NCBI GenBank assembly: GCA_963740315.1
Contig: CAVUDP010000001.1
Coordinates: 544,001-608,000 of the forward strand
DNA from: an uncultured cyanobacterium
Lineage (GTDB): Bacteria > Cyanobacteriota > Cyanobacteriia > Cyanobacteriales > Nostocaceae
Length of the DNA: 64,000 bases
Direction: 5' to 3'
The notes beneath the pieces were generated by a model that was not told where the DNA came from, searched no databases, and saw only the letters and a list, made by a program, of their open reading frames with translations. Below, one piece after another: positions 17,982 through 27,300 of the stretch. The number at the start of each line of letters is the position of its first letter. Within the stretch, counting starts at the first letter, position 1. The translations under genes were made by a program, and so were the position numbers.

Positions 17982-20648
17982 ATCGAGTCGTCCGAACGGG
18001 AACGGGCAAAGTTAAATCCCCCAAAATACATTCCATACAAAGGCGTTAACAACTTTGTTGGTAGAGAAGAAGAAATGAAACTGCTGCATGAGAAGCTACA
18101 ACAATCAAATGCAGTGGCAATTTCTGCGATCGCTGGTATGGGGGGAGTAGGTAAAACGGAATTAGCAACACAGTATGCACGGCAACATGAAACTGATTAT
18201 CCAGGAGGAATTTGCTGGTTAAATGCTAGAGATACAAATCTAGCAGCCGAGATAATCCAGTTTTATCAGTTTTATGTAAATAATCAGCGAGAGATTCCCC
18301 AAGAGTTAGGGGGAAGACAGTTAACAATATCCGAACAAGCTATTTGGTGTTGGGAAAATTGGCAGCCTTCGGAAGGACTTATATTAGTTGTTTGGGATGA
18401 TGTTACGGATTTAGGTAGTTGCCAGAAACTACTACCAAAAAACAATCGTTTTCGTCTGCTGATTACTACAAGATTACGGAATCTCGACCCCAATATTGTT
18501 GAAGAAATTCCCCTAAATGTATTATCTCCAGAAAAATCTATAGAATTACTGACAGCATTGGTAGGGAAAAAGCGAGTAGAGAAGGAATTAGAAACAGCAA
18601 CAGAATTATGTAAATGGTTGGGATATCTTCCATTGGGGTTAGATTTAGTCGGACGATATGTAGCAGATGACCCTGACTTATCATTGCAAGAAATGTTACA
18701 AAGCCTGAAAAAACAGCGATTGGATGACGAGGCTCTAGAACATGGTTCGGAGAGTTGGACAACAGCACAGCGAGGGGTATTAGCAGCTTTTGAATTAAGC
18801 TGGCAGAAGCTGGATGTCATGACGAAGCAGGTAGCAGAGTTATTAAGTTTATTTGCACCAGATGTGATTCCTTGGGGTTTAGTTAAATCTTCTTGTGAAA
18901 GATTGGATTGGAGCAAGCCCGATATTAATAAAGCCAAAAAACAACTTTACAAGCATTATTTAGTACAACGTTTAGAAGATAGAGAAAGTGGCTATACAAT
19001 TCATCCCCTAATCCGTCAATTCTTGCAAGTAAAGTTAAATTTAACATCATCAGCTTCGGAGTTGAGGCAGGCTTTCGTTACAGAAATGCTGTCAGTTGCA
19101 AAAACAATTCCCAGTATTCCTATCCTTTCAGATATTGAGTCAGTAAGTGATGCTATACCCCACCTAAAAGAAGTTGCAGAAAACTTGATTGCTGTGGTGG
19201 AAGATGAAGAGTTAATCTCAGCTTTTATAGGAATCGCTAGGTTTTATAAAGGACAAGGGTTATATGCATTGGAAGAGCCTTGGAGGAAGCAGTGTATATC
19301 AACGTTACAAGCTCACTTGGGAGAAGAACATCTTGATGTGGCTACCAGTTACAACAATCTGGCTCTCCTCTACGATTCCCAAGGAAGGTACGCAGAAGCG
19401 GAACCTCTATATCAAAAAGCATTAGAACTATACCAACGGCTGCTGGGAGATGAACATCCCTTGGCGGCAACCAGTTACAACAATCTGGCAGGACTCTATC
19501 GTAGCCAAGGAAGGTACGCAGAAGCGGAACCCCTATATCAAAAAGCATTAGAACTATACCAACGGCTGCTGGGAGATGAACATCTTGATGTGGCAACCAG
19601 TTACAACAATCTGGCAGGACTCTATCGTAGCCAAGGAAGGTACGCAGAAGCGGAACCCCTATATCAAAAAGCATTAGAACTATACCAACGGCTGCTGGGA
19701 GAAGAACATCCCAATGTGGCTACCAGTTACAACAATCTGGCTCTCCTCTACGATTCCCAAGGAAGGTACGCAGAAGCGGAACCTCTATATCAAAAAGCAT
19801 TAGAACTATACCAACGGCTGCTGGGAGAAGAACATCCCAATGTGGCTACCAGTTACAACAATCTGGCAGAACTCTACCGTAGCCAAGGAAGGTACACCGA
19901 AGCAGAACTGCTGTATCAAAAAGCATTATCACTAAGCCAACGGATACTGGGAGAAGGCCATCCCGATGTTGCACAAAGTTTGATCAACTTGGCAGGACTC
20001 TACGAGTCCCAAGGAAGGTACACCGAAGCAGAACCGCTATATCAAAAAGCATTATCACTAAGCCAACGGCTACTGGGAGAAGAACATCCCGAGGTGGCAA
20101 GGGGTTACAACAATCTGGCAGTACTCTATCATAGCCAAGGAAGGTACACCGAAGCAGAACTGCTGTATCAAAAAGCATTATCACTAAGCCAACGGCTGTT
20201 GGGAGAAGATCATCCCTCAGTCGCAACCAGTTACAACAATCTGGCAGGACTCTATCGTAGCCAAGGAAGGTACACCGAAGCAGAACCGCTGTATCAAAAA
20301 GCATTATCACTAAAGCAACGGCTGCTAGGAGTTGAACATCCCTCGGTGGCAACCAGTTACAACAATCTGGCTCTTCTTTACGAATCTCAAGGACGTTACA
20401 CGGAGGCCGAAACCTTGTACAAACAAGCATTAGAACTATACCAACGGCTGCTCGGTGAAGAACATCCCTCGGTGGCAACCAGTTACAACAATCTGGCAGC
20501 ACTCTACCGTAGCCAAGAGCGGTACACGGAAGCGGAACCGCTGTATCAAAAAGCTTTAGCTATTTTTGAGCAACAACTAGGAACGGAGCATCCCAATACT
20601 ATTACTGTCCGAAACAATCTTGAATACCTTCACGATAATATGAGCTAA
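17982..20648 (+). CDS. NB-ARC (STAND NTPase)-TPR protein, NLR-like; frame open from 17982, first ATG at 18075
   Basis: FVGRE motif (upstream of the ATG), Walker A GMGGVGKTELA, Walker B VVWDDV, LITTR, GYLPLGL, IHPLIR; ten 42-aa TPRs. Confidence 0.92.
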   Translation: MESSERERAKLNPPKYIPYKGVNNFVGREEEMKLLHEKLQQSNAVAISAIAGMGGVGKTELATQYARQHETDYPGGICWLNARDTNLAAEIIQFYQFYVNNQREIPQELGGRQLTISEQAIWCWENWQPSEGLILVVWDDVTDLGSCQKLLPKNNRFRLLITTRLRNLDPNIVEEIPLNVLSPEKSIELLTALVGKKRVEKELETATELCKWLGYLPLGLDLVGRYVADDPDLSLQEMLQSLKKQRLDDEALEHGSESWTTAQRGVLAAFELSWQKLDVMTKQVAELLSLFAPDVIPWGLVKSSCERLDWSKPDINKAKKQLYKHYLVQRLEDRESGYTIHPLIRQFLQVKLNLTSSASELRQAFVTEMLSVAKTIPSIPILSDIESVSDAIPHLKEVAENLIAVVEDEELISAFIGIARFYKGQGLYALEEPWRKQCISTLQAHLGEEHLDVATSYNNLALLYDSQGRYAEAEPLYQKALELYQRLLGDEHPLAATSYNNLAGLYRSQGRYAEAEPLYQKALELYQRLLGDEHLDVATSYNNLAGLYRSQGRYAEAEPLYQKALELYQRLLGEEHPNVATSYNNLALLYDSQGRYAEAEPLYQKALELYQRLLGEEHPNVATSYNNLAELYRSQGRYTEAELLYQKALSLSQRILGEGHPDVAQSLINLAGLYESQGRYTEAEPLYQKALSLSQRLLGEEHPEVARGYNNLAVLYHSQGRYTEAELLYQKALSLSQRLLGEDHPSVATSYNNLAGLYRSQGRYTEAEPLYQKALSLKQRLLGVEHPSVATSYNNLALLYESQGRYTEAETLYKQALELYQRLLGEEHPSVATSYNNLAALYRSQERYTEAEPLYQKALAIFEQQLGTEHPNTITVRNNLEYLHDNMS
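19329..20588 (+). repeat. Ten near-identical 126-bp tandem repeats encoding TPRs
   Basis: Units start every 126 bp from 19329 to 20463 (HxxVATSYNNLAxLYxSQGRYxEAExLYQKAL). Confidence 0.95.
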
Positions 20649-20923
20649 TTGTAAGTGCTTATTTGGAGGAAAAAAAAGCGATGTGATGAATTAATGTAGT
20701 ATGATTTGCGTCCATCACTGTTCGTGACTTCTCCACAGCATCTGTTCTAGATTGTCAATTCTTGTGTCTATATATGAAAGATTACCAATCAAAACGGGGT
20801 AAATGTATCCAAAAGTTTCAATAGAACAACACCCCCCCAAGAAAGAAACTGCTAACTGCAAAAAAAAACCTCTCATTGTGAGAGGCTTAATAATTTAGCG
20901 AAGACAATTTGAATTGATTTAAA

Positions 20924-23900
20924 TTAATCCAAAGGTACATTACTTGCTACAGCTAAGGCTCCTGCGATCGCAGAGAATAAACCGGAGACAACTGCTGTTC
21001 CAAATAACCACCAAGCTGCTGATGCTGCTGCTTTACGGGTTTCTTCGGCTTGTTTTTGGGCTTGGTGTTTAACTTCTTCTAAGCGTCGCTGTGCTTCTTC
21101 TTGAATTCTTTCGGCTCTTCTTAATACGGTATTACGCGCATTCTCGATTTGATCGATGACTTTGTTCGCATCATGTTCGGAAATATCATCGCGAGAACTC
21201 ATCAGTGCTACATAGGTTTCCCGATTGAAAGATGATAACCTACCGCGTAATGCATCAAATCCGGCTTGGGGATCGTGAAACAGTTCGCGAACATCGCGCT
21301 TGATGCCATCGTAGTTGAGTTCGGGACGTTCCAGCCCGTTTAAATAATTGCGGATATTGTCGAATACTCCATCTATTGTATCTTGAATCCGCCGCTCAAT
21401 ACCTCTTACTTGAGCCACAAATTGCTCGCGTACTGACATGATGCTATCGGCAATTTGCTCTGCTTCCTGGTTGCTCATATCTCCGCGAATTTTCAGTAAA
21501 GCGGCGATTGTAGAACGATCGAAGTGAGAAAGGCGATCGCCTAAGCTATCGATTCCGACTCGCGGATCGTTTAACAACAGATTTAGGTCGCGCTTGATAC
21601 CTTCTGGATTGAGTTCTTGTTTGCCAGTTCCCCGGAGGTATTCTTCTAAATATGTTTGGAAGCCTTGCGCTCTTTCTTGAGTACGTGTAATCATGCGTCG
21701 GGGCGCACGGATGACTTGACGAATTGAAGATTGTACCGAGTCGATGACTTGGTTAACTTCATCTTCGCTCATGTCTCGTCGCTGGCTCAGTAGTTTTACT
21801 AAGGTGTCTCTATCAACTTGCGACAATCTGCGACGTAATGCAACGGCACCTTCTTGGGGATTCTCAAACAGTTTATTAATGTCGCGTTGAATACCATCGG
21901 GATTAAGTTCCGATTTACCAGTATTCCGTAAATAATCTGCAATTGTGGTGGTTACGTTATCGTACTCGGCTTGAGCTTTATCTACAATCTTGCCCGGTGC
22001 GTGACGAACGCTATTCCAAGAATGTTCTACGCTATCAACGGTTTCATTAATTTGGTCTTCACTCAAATCTTGGCGTTGATTGAGCAACTGTACCAAAGTA
22101 TCCCGGTCAAAACGCGACAACCGCGACCGAATTGCTGACATTCCGGCTTGGGGATCTTGTAATAAAGTTTTCAACTCACCGCGAATTGCATCGGGGTTGA
22201 GTTCGCCTTTACCCGTGTTACGCAGATATGATTCTAAATTCAACCACAGGCTTTCTGCTTGATACTTGGCTTGATCTGCAAGTCCTTTGGACTCAACTAA
22301 AGCTTCGTCGCGCTGCTTTTCTAATTCATCGAGAATCGGGTCAATTTCTCCGGAGGAAATATCGTTGCGCTGTGCCAGTATCGAACGCATTTGTCCCCGT
22401 TCAAATCGAGACAAGCGCATGGCTAAGGTTTCGTAATCTGCATCTCCATCTTCCACAATCGGTTTGAAATCTTGCTTGATTCCTTCAGCATTCAAGCTTG
22501 ACTTGGGAGTTACTAACAGATAACTTTCTACCCGACGCTGCAAATCTTCAACTATTTCTTTTTCTTCATCAGCCCTTGCCTGTACCAAGACAGCTTTACG
22601 AACCATTTCCAAGCGATCGGCGATTTGCTTGATCTCCGTTTGAGTTAGTAAACCCCGCTGTTTGAGAATGCTGACAAAATCGCTGCGATCGAGCTTTTCT
22701 AACTCACGACGTACCGTACCGGGATCTGCTGCGGGATCGTAAATTACGTCGCGAAATTCCTGCTCAACTTTCTCGTTGCTAAGCTGCCAAGCATAGGTAT
22801 TATGCAGATAATTTTCCACATCGGCGCGAATCGTACTAAAAGACTGCGATGCTGTGGGAAGTCCTATCTTATCTGCTTGTTCGGTGGCTTTATCTTTAGC
22901 GCTGGTAATGGTGCTAAGAATTTTTTCCACATCCAAGTCGGAAAGATCGGCCCTTCCCATGACTACACCACCCAGAGTTGTCAAAGCTTGCTGTATCGTT
23001 TCCTGAACTGGACCACCGGCTGATTGTTGTGATGATTGTCCTGCATTCCCACTTTGCTTTTGGGAACGCATTTCGCTCATAGCTCGATCTAACTTAGCTT
23101 CGAGTTCATCAGTTTTGCTTTGTCCCGGTGCAACTGATTTGAGATAGCTAACCAACTCACCCAAACCGTTTCCACCGCCACCCGAACTACCTTGAGATGA
23201 GCCTACCGTCTGCTTCCAAACATCATATAAAGTATCGGCAATGCGTTTAACTTCTTTTTTGGAAAGGTCAGTACGACTGCTAACTAATTCTACAAACTTT
23301 TGTTTATCAATATTACGCAGTTCTGCCGCACCTGCAACCGACTGAAGTGATGCATCTGAAAGTAGATTTTCAAATTCTTTACGTATAGACTGCACGTCCA
23401 ATTCTTTAGGACGTACCGTATCCAAGTAATCTTCTAAATTTTCCTTGATGCTTTCGGGATCGATCGCATTACCGATTTCGTTACGTACAGCCGAGGCTGC
23501 GGCTTCTGCTGTGGCTACAACTTGTCTGTTGACGGCTTTTGCTCCTAAAGCAGCGGTAGCCGTTCCCATAATTGTCTGCAATCCAGAAGTTGCCGCGTTA
23601 ACAACATTACCAATTAAAGAACCTACCGTTGTCGAACTTACCCACACCAGCAGACAAAAGTACGCTGCCCAAATTACCAAACCTAAAATCGCGCCCACGC
23701 CTAAATCTAAAGACAGCAAGCTGAGTTTTACCGCTAGGAAACAAGCAACAAAAAGGGAAAGTGTGACTGAAATCAGCGTACCTAAGCCGACAGCAGTACC
23801 AATTTTACTAATCGTACTACCTAAACTTTCACTATCGTCATTATTATGACTTGAACTTGAACCCGAATCCGAATTGGATGAGCTACCCAAAAAAGAGATA

Positions 23901-24112
23901 CCCGCAGCCACCGCAAGATTTGTTAATACCAACTGAATGGCAAAAGCTAGGATAATACCGGAAATCAAAGCGATAAAAAACTTCGGTCCGGAAAAAGCAA
24001 CGGAAGCATCTGCTGGCGTTATGGGTTGCGGTGGTTCTACTAAAATCGGAGCCTGAGCTATCCAAGTCATAGACTTAGATAGCAAAAGCGTTATGTACGT
24101 ACTTTCAATCAT
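20924..24112 (-). CDS. Large membrane-anchored hypothetical protein with internal helical repeats
   Basis: 1062 aa. N-terminal TM bundle, about 100-aa repeats (YLRxTGKxELNPxGI...DPxxG..RLSxFDR) and a C-terminal TM segment. Confidence 0.85.
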   Translation of the reverse strand: MIESTYITLLLSKSMTWIAQAPILVEPPQPITPADASVAFSGPKFFIALISGIILAFAIQLVLTNLAVAAGISFLGSSSNSDSGSSSSHNNDDSESLGSTISKIGTAVGLGTLISVTLSLFVACFLAVKLSLLSLDLGVGAILGLVIWAAYFCLLVWVSSTTVGSLIGNVVNAATSGLQTIMGTATAALGAKAVNRQVVATAEAAASAVRNEIGNAIDPESIKENLEDYLDTVRPKELDVQSIRKEFENLLSDASLQSVAGAAELRNIDKQKFVELVSSRTDLSKKEVKRIADTLYDVWKQTVGSSQGSSGGGGNGLGELVSYLKSVAPGQSKTDELEAKLDRAMSEMRSQKQSGNAGQSSQQSAGGPVQETIQQALTTLGGVVMGRADLSDLDVEKILSTITSAKDKATEQADKIGLPTASQSFSTIRADVENYLHNTYAWQLSNEKVEQEFRDVIYDPAADPGTVRRELEKLDRSDFVSILKQRGLLTQTEIKQIADRLEMVRKAVLVQARADEEKEIVEDLQRRVESYLLVTPKSSLNAEGIKQDFKPIVEDGDADYETLAMRLSRFERGQMRSILAQRNDISSGEIDPILDELEKQRDEALVESKGLADQAKYQAESLWLNLESYLRNTGKGELNPDAIRGELKTLLQDPQAGMSAIRSRLSRFDRDTLVQLLNQRQDLSEDQINETVDSVEHSWNSVRHAPGKIVDKAQAEYDNVTTTIADYLRNTGKSELNPDGIQRDINKLFENPQEGAVALRRRLSQVDRDTLVKLLSQRRDMSEDEVNQVIDSVQSSIRQVIRAPRRMITRTQERAQGFQTYLEEYLRGTGKQELNPEGIKRDLNLLLNDPRVGIDSLGDRLSHFDRSTIAALLKIRGDMSNQEAEQIADSIMSVREQFVAQVRGIERRIQDTIDGVFDNIRNYLNGLERPELNYDGIKRDVRELFHDPQAGFDALRGRLSSFNRETYVALMSSRDDISEHDANKVIDQIENARNTVLRRAERIQEEAQRRLEEVKHQAQKQAEETRKAAASAAWWLFGTAVVSGLFSAIAGALAVASNVPLD

Positions 24113-24638
24113 CCTAATAACTTCCTCTAGGTTAACTTTTGGTGTGGGGAGAACAAAAACTTAAAATAATGCAAAAAGCAAAAATTGACTTTGTTTATTC
24201 ATGCAATACCCGTCTCTTGAGCTTAGAATCCAGCAATATAGTCCTTCAAAGCATCCCTCTCAAGTGAGAAAAATCCCTTCAACTGCCTCCAGCGTTAGAT
24301 AGAAGTTTTTCGATAATGCTTTATTACCTGTAATTAAATAAGCAGCAAACTTTCTAGGTTCTACTTAAATACTTACTATTTTAAACTTGCGAAAGCTATG
24401 GTACGACTTGTTTGCATTTTATTTTTAACAATATTTAAGTGGCAATATTAATATCATTTGTTAAGCATCAAGTCACATTTTCTTAACATATGTTCATAAT
24501 TAAACTTTTTATCACCCTCTTTAGGTAGATTTATCAGGGTAAAGAAATGTAACGAGTTTGTGCCTTTAGGAAGAAACAGGTTTTTCTGTGAATCGTTACA
24601 TTAGAAACAAGAAACAAATACAACCGCAATTATTAATT

Positions 24639-24842
24639 ATGCAATCTCCAACAAAAACCGATTTACCACCAGTAGCACCTGCATACAACGGCAAAGACCG
24701 CAACGCTTTTCTTTTTGGCTTCAATCCTCAAGCTGAACTATGGAACGGACGTTTAGCAATGATTGGTTTTGTAGCTTACCTAGCATGGGATTTGGCTGGA
24801 TATAGTGTAGTTCGCGATATCCTCCACCTTGTTAAATACTAA
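24639..24842 (+). CDS. hli: High-light-inducible protein (Hli/SCP)
   Basis: FGFNPQAELWNGRLAMIGF chlorophyll-binding motif. Confidence 0.93.
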   Translation: MQSPTKTDLPPVAPAYNGKDRNAFLFGFNPQAELWNGRLAMIGFVAYLAWDLAGYSVVRDILHLVKY

Positions 24843-25115
24843 TATTTAATTTATAGCAAGAGATAAGAATAAATAAATGTAGAGACTTTGCGATCGCGAA
24901 GTCTCTTTTAATTTGTGTACTTAATAGACATCTCCGGTTAGGAAAAAGACCTCTCTCCAAACCTCTGTGGGCATCGGAGTTGCGGCTTAATTTTCCCCCT
25001 TCCCGCTTTTAGGAAGGGGGGTAGGGGGGTTAGGTTTCTTTGTAAATACAAATACAAAAAATTTATTGGCTGTAGTTTTATTAACAGTTATCTGAGAAAA
25101 TATAGAAAATGGTTT

Positions 25116-25832
25116 TCAATCCCCTACCGCAACTGTAGGTATATCAGCTTCAGCAGGATTTTTAGCCAACTTACCATCTTCCATATATATAATGCGATCG
25201 GCTATATCCAAAATCCGATTATCATGCGTTACCAACAAAATCGTACAGCCTTGTTCCTTCGCCAAGCCTTGCATTAAATTCACCACATCTCGACCAGATT
25301 TTTTATCAAGCGCCGCAGTTGGTTCATCTGCCAATACAATCTTGGGATGATCCACCAAAGCTCTGGCGATCGCTACTCTTTGTTTTTGCCCACCAGATAA
25401 ATCATCTGGGTAATAACCGATCCGATTTCCCAAACCAACTAAATCGAGCATATCAACCGAACGGGTATGCATTTCTTTAGGTGAAATATTTCCATGTACT
25501 TCCAAACCCATTCGGACATTCTGTACTGCCGTCAAACTTTCATGTAAATTATGTGCCTGAAAAATATAACCGTTATTGCGTCGCGCTCGTACTAATTGTT
25601 TAGGTTTAGCACCACAAAGTTCTTTTCCCAACACCTGCAAACTCCCCTCCTGAGCCGATCGCAACCCACCAATCAAAGTAAGCAGCGTAGTTTTACCAGA
25701 ACCAGAAGGACCAGTCATAATAATAATATCACCAGCATTTATTTCTAAACTAATATCAAATAATACCTGTTTACGAAGTTGACCTTTTCCGAAAAAATGA
25801 TTGAGATTGCGGACAGAAATAACGGAATTCAT
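25116..25832 (-). CDS. devA: DevA family ABC transporter ATP-binding protein
   Basis: GPSGSGKTT, LSGGQKQRVAIARAL, ADEPTAALD and VTHDNRI motifs. Confidence 0.9.
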   Translation of the reverse strand: MNSVISVRNLNHFFGKGQLRKQVLFDISLEINAGDIIIMTGPSGSGKTTLLTLIGGLRSAQEGSLQVLGKELCGAKPKQLVRARRNNGYIFQAHNLHESLTAVQNVRMGLEVHGNISPKEMHTRSVDMLDLVGLGNRIGYYPDDLSGGQKQRVAIARALVDHPKIVLADEPTAALDKKSGRDVVNLMQGLAKEQGCTILLVTHDNRILDIADRIIYMEDGKLAKNPAEADIPTVAVGD

Positions 25833-25912
25833 TTATTAGTTGTTAGTTGATAGTTGTTAGTTGTTAGTTGCTAATAATTAACTGATTACTGCTCACTGTT
25901 CACTGTTCACTG

Positions 25913-27094
25913 TTAAAACATATCTGCTGGATCTGCGGATTGAACTTTGCGAGTAGCTACAGCACCGGAAATAACACACATAATAATAGTCATTACCTGT
26001 ACTTGAATTACTCGCGCTACGGTCATGTAAAGCGGTAAGTTGGTTGCATTGCGGGTAAGTGCGTAAAGTCCGGTTGAAATTGCAGCCCCAGGAATAAAAC
26101 CTAATATAGCTAGAATTATCGCTTCTTCAAAAACTACGCTTAATAAAAAGAAGTTTTTATATCCCATCGCTTTAAAAGTAGCGTATTCTTTTATATGAGC
26201 GTTAACATCGGTGGAAAGTACTTGATAAACAATAATTATTCCCACGATGAAACCCATCATTGCACCTAAACTGAAAATAAATCCGATGGGAGTATTGGTT
26301 TGCCAGTAAGCTTTTTCAAACTCAATAAATTCTTCTTTAGTTAATACTTTAATATCGTCAGCATTTCTTAAATGATATTTTAATTGCTCTGCAACTTTTT
26401 CGGGTTCGTAACCTGGTTTTAAACGAATTAAACCTAAATTTGTGCTTCCCGAATCTTGTCCGGGAAATAGTCTTAAAAAGTTTTGATCGCTGGTCATTAA
26501 AGTACCATCGGCGGCAAAAGAAGCTCCGACTTTAAACACATCAGCAATAGTCATTGTTCGTCCTTTGACTTCTGTTGTGACAGTTTGACCTTGCTTAATT
26601 TGAGCAATTACTTTGTCATATGTTCCTCTAGTTGCTTCGTCAAATAAAATGGTATCTGGTAACTTAATTGCATCAATCTTTTGATTAACTTCTGGTAAAT
26701 CAAACGCTGGTTTATCGGGATTAAATCCGATAATCATTACTTGTGTCTTCAGACGAGTTTGGGGATTTCTCCAAGTCACAAGACTGTTATACATTGGTTC
26801 TGCCGTTGCGACTCCGGGTACATCCATTGCTTGATATAGTCGCCGTCGAGTAAAGGTAGACAAATCTTGTAAGTTAAGTGCTTGCGGACTCATCAGTACT
26901 AAATCTGCCCTCAAACTATCATGCAAACGAGTAGCGCTATTAAATAATGCACTTTGAAAACCAAGCTGCATCAACATCAATAAATCTGCAAAAGCAACAC
27001 CCGATAGCGCTACTAATAAACGTCCTTTTTGACGAGTTAATTGTAACCAACCTAAAGGAGTTCGTCGTTGTAATTGTTGGATAAATCCAATCAT
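25913..27094 (-). CDS. devC: DevC family ABC transporter permease
   Basis: PLGWLQL, MLMQLGF, YQVLSTDV...EYATFKAMGY and the ADPADMF end. Confidence 0.9.
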   Translation of the reverse strand: MIGFIQQLQRRTPLGWLQLTRQKGRLLVALSGVAFADLLMLMQLGFQSALFNSATRLHDSLRADLVLMSPQALNLQDLSTFTRRRLYQAMDVPGVATAEPMYNSLVTWRNPQTRLKTQVMIIGFNPDKPAFDLPEVNQKIDAIKLPDTILFDEATRGTYDKVIAQIKQGQTVTTEVKGRTMTIADVFKVGASFAADGTLMTSDQNFLRLFPGQDSGSTNLGLIRLKPGYEPEKVAEQLKYHLRNADDIKVLTKEEFIEFEKAYWQTNTPIGFIFSLGAMMGFIVGIIIVYQVLSTDVNAHIKEYATFKAMGYKNFFLLSVVFEEAIILAILGFIPGAAISTGLYALTRNATNLPLYMTVARVIQVQVMTIIMCVISGAVATRKVQSADPADMF

Positions 27095-27201
27095 AATAAT
27101 TTTAGATTTTAGATTTTAGATTTTGGATTCAAATATTTATTAACAAATGGGAATAGGGCATTATAAAGAGTTAGGACCACCGGAGTTAGGACTACCGGAG
27201 T

Positions 27202-27300
27202 TTTAACCTTTAACCTTTAACCTTTAACCTTTAACCTTTAACCTTTAACCTTTAACCTTTAACCTTTAACTTTTAACCTTTAACCTTTAACCTTTAACCT
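27202..27300. repeat. STRR heptamer tract (TTTAACC)n, about 14 copies
   Basis: Tandem repeat between devB and devC. Confidence 0.92.

Noticed and set aside
17979..18010. Selenocysteine insertion at the TGA
   Set aside because: The position is not a Cys-equivalent redox site, no convincing bacterial SECIS is visible, and there are no sel genes in the window.
19342..20502. Repetitive Cys-rich antisense ORFs (PDCCNW repeats)
   Set aside because: Shadow frames of the 126-bp TPR repeats.
19329..20588. TPR array as a CRISPR array or DGR template/variable repeat
   Set aside because: Contiguous coding repeats without spacers; differences are not adenine-specific; no reverse transcriptase in the window.
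25111..25125. GTTTTCAATCCCC, resembling a CRISPR repeat start
   Set aside because: Single occurrence overlapping the devA stop codon.
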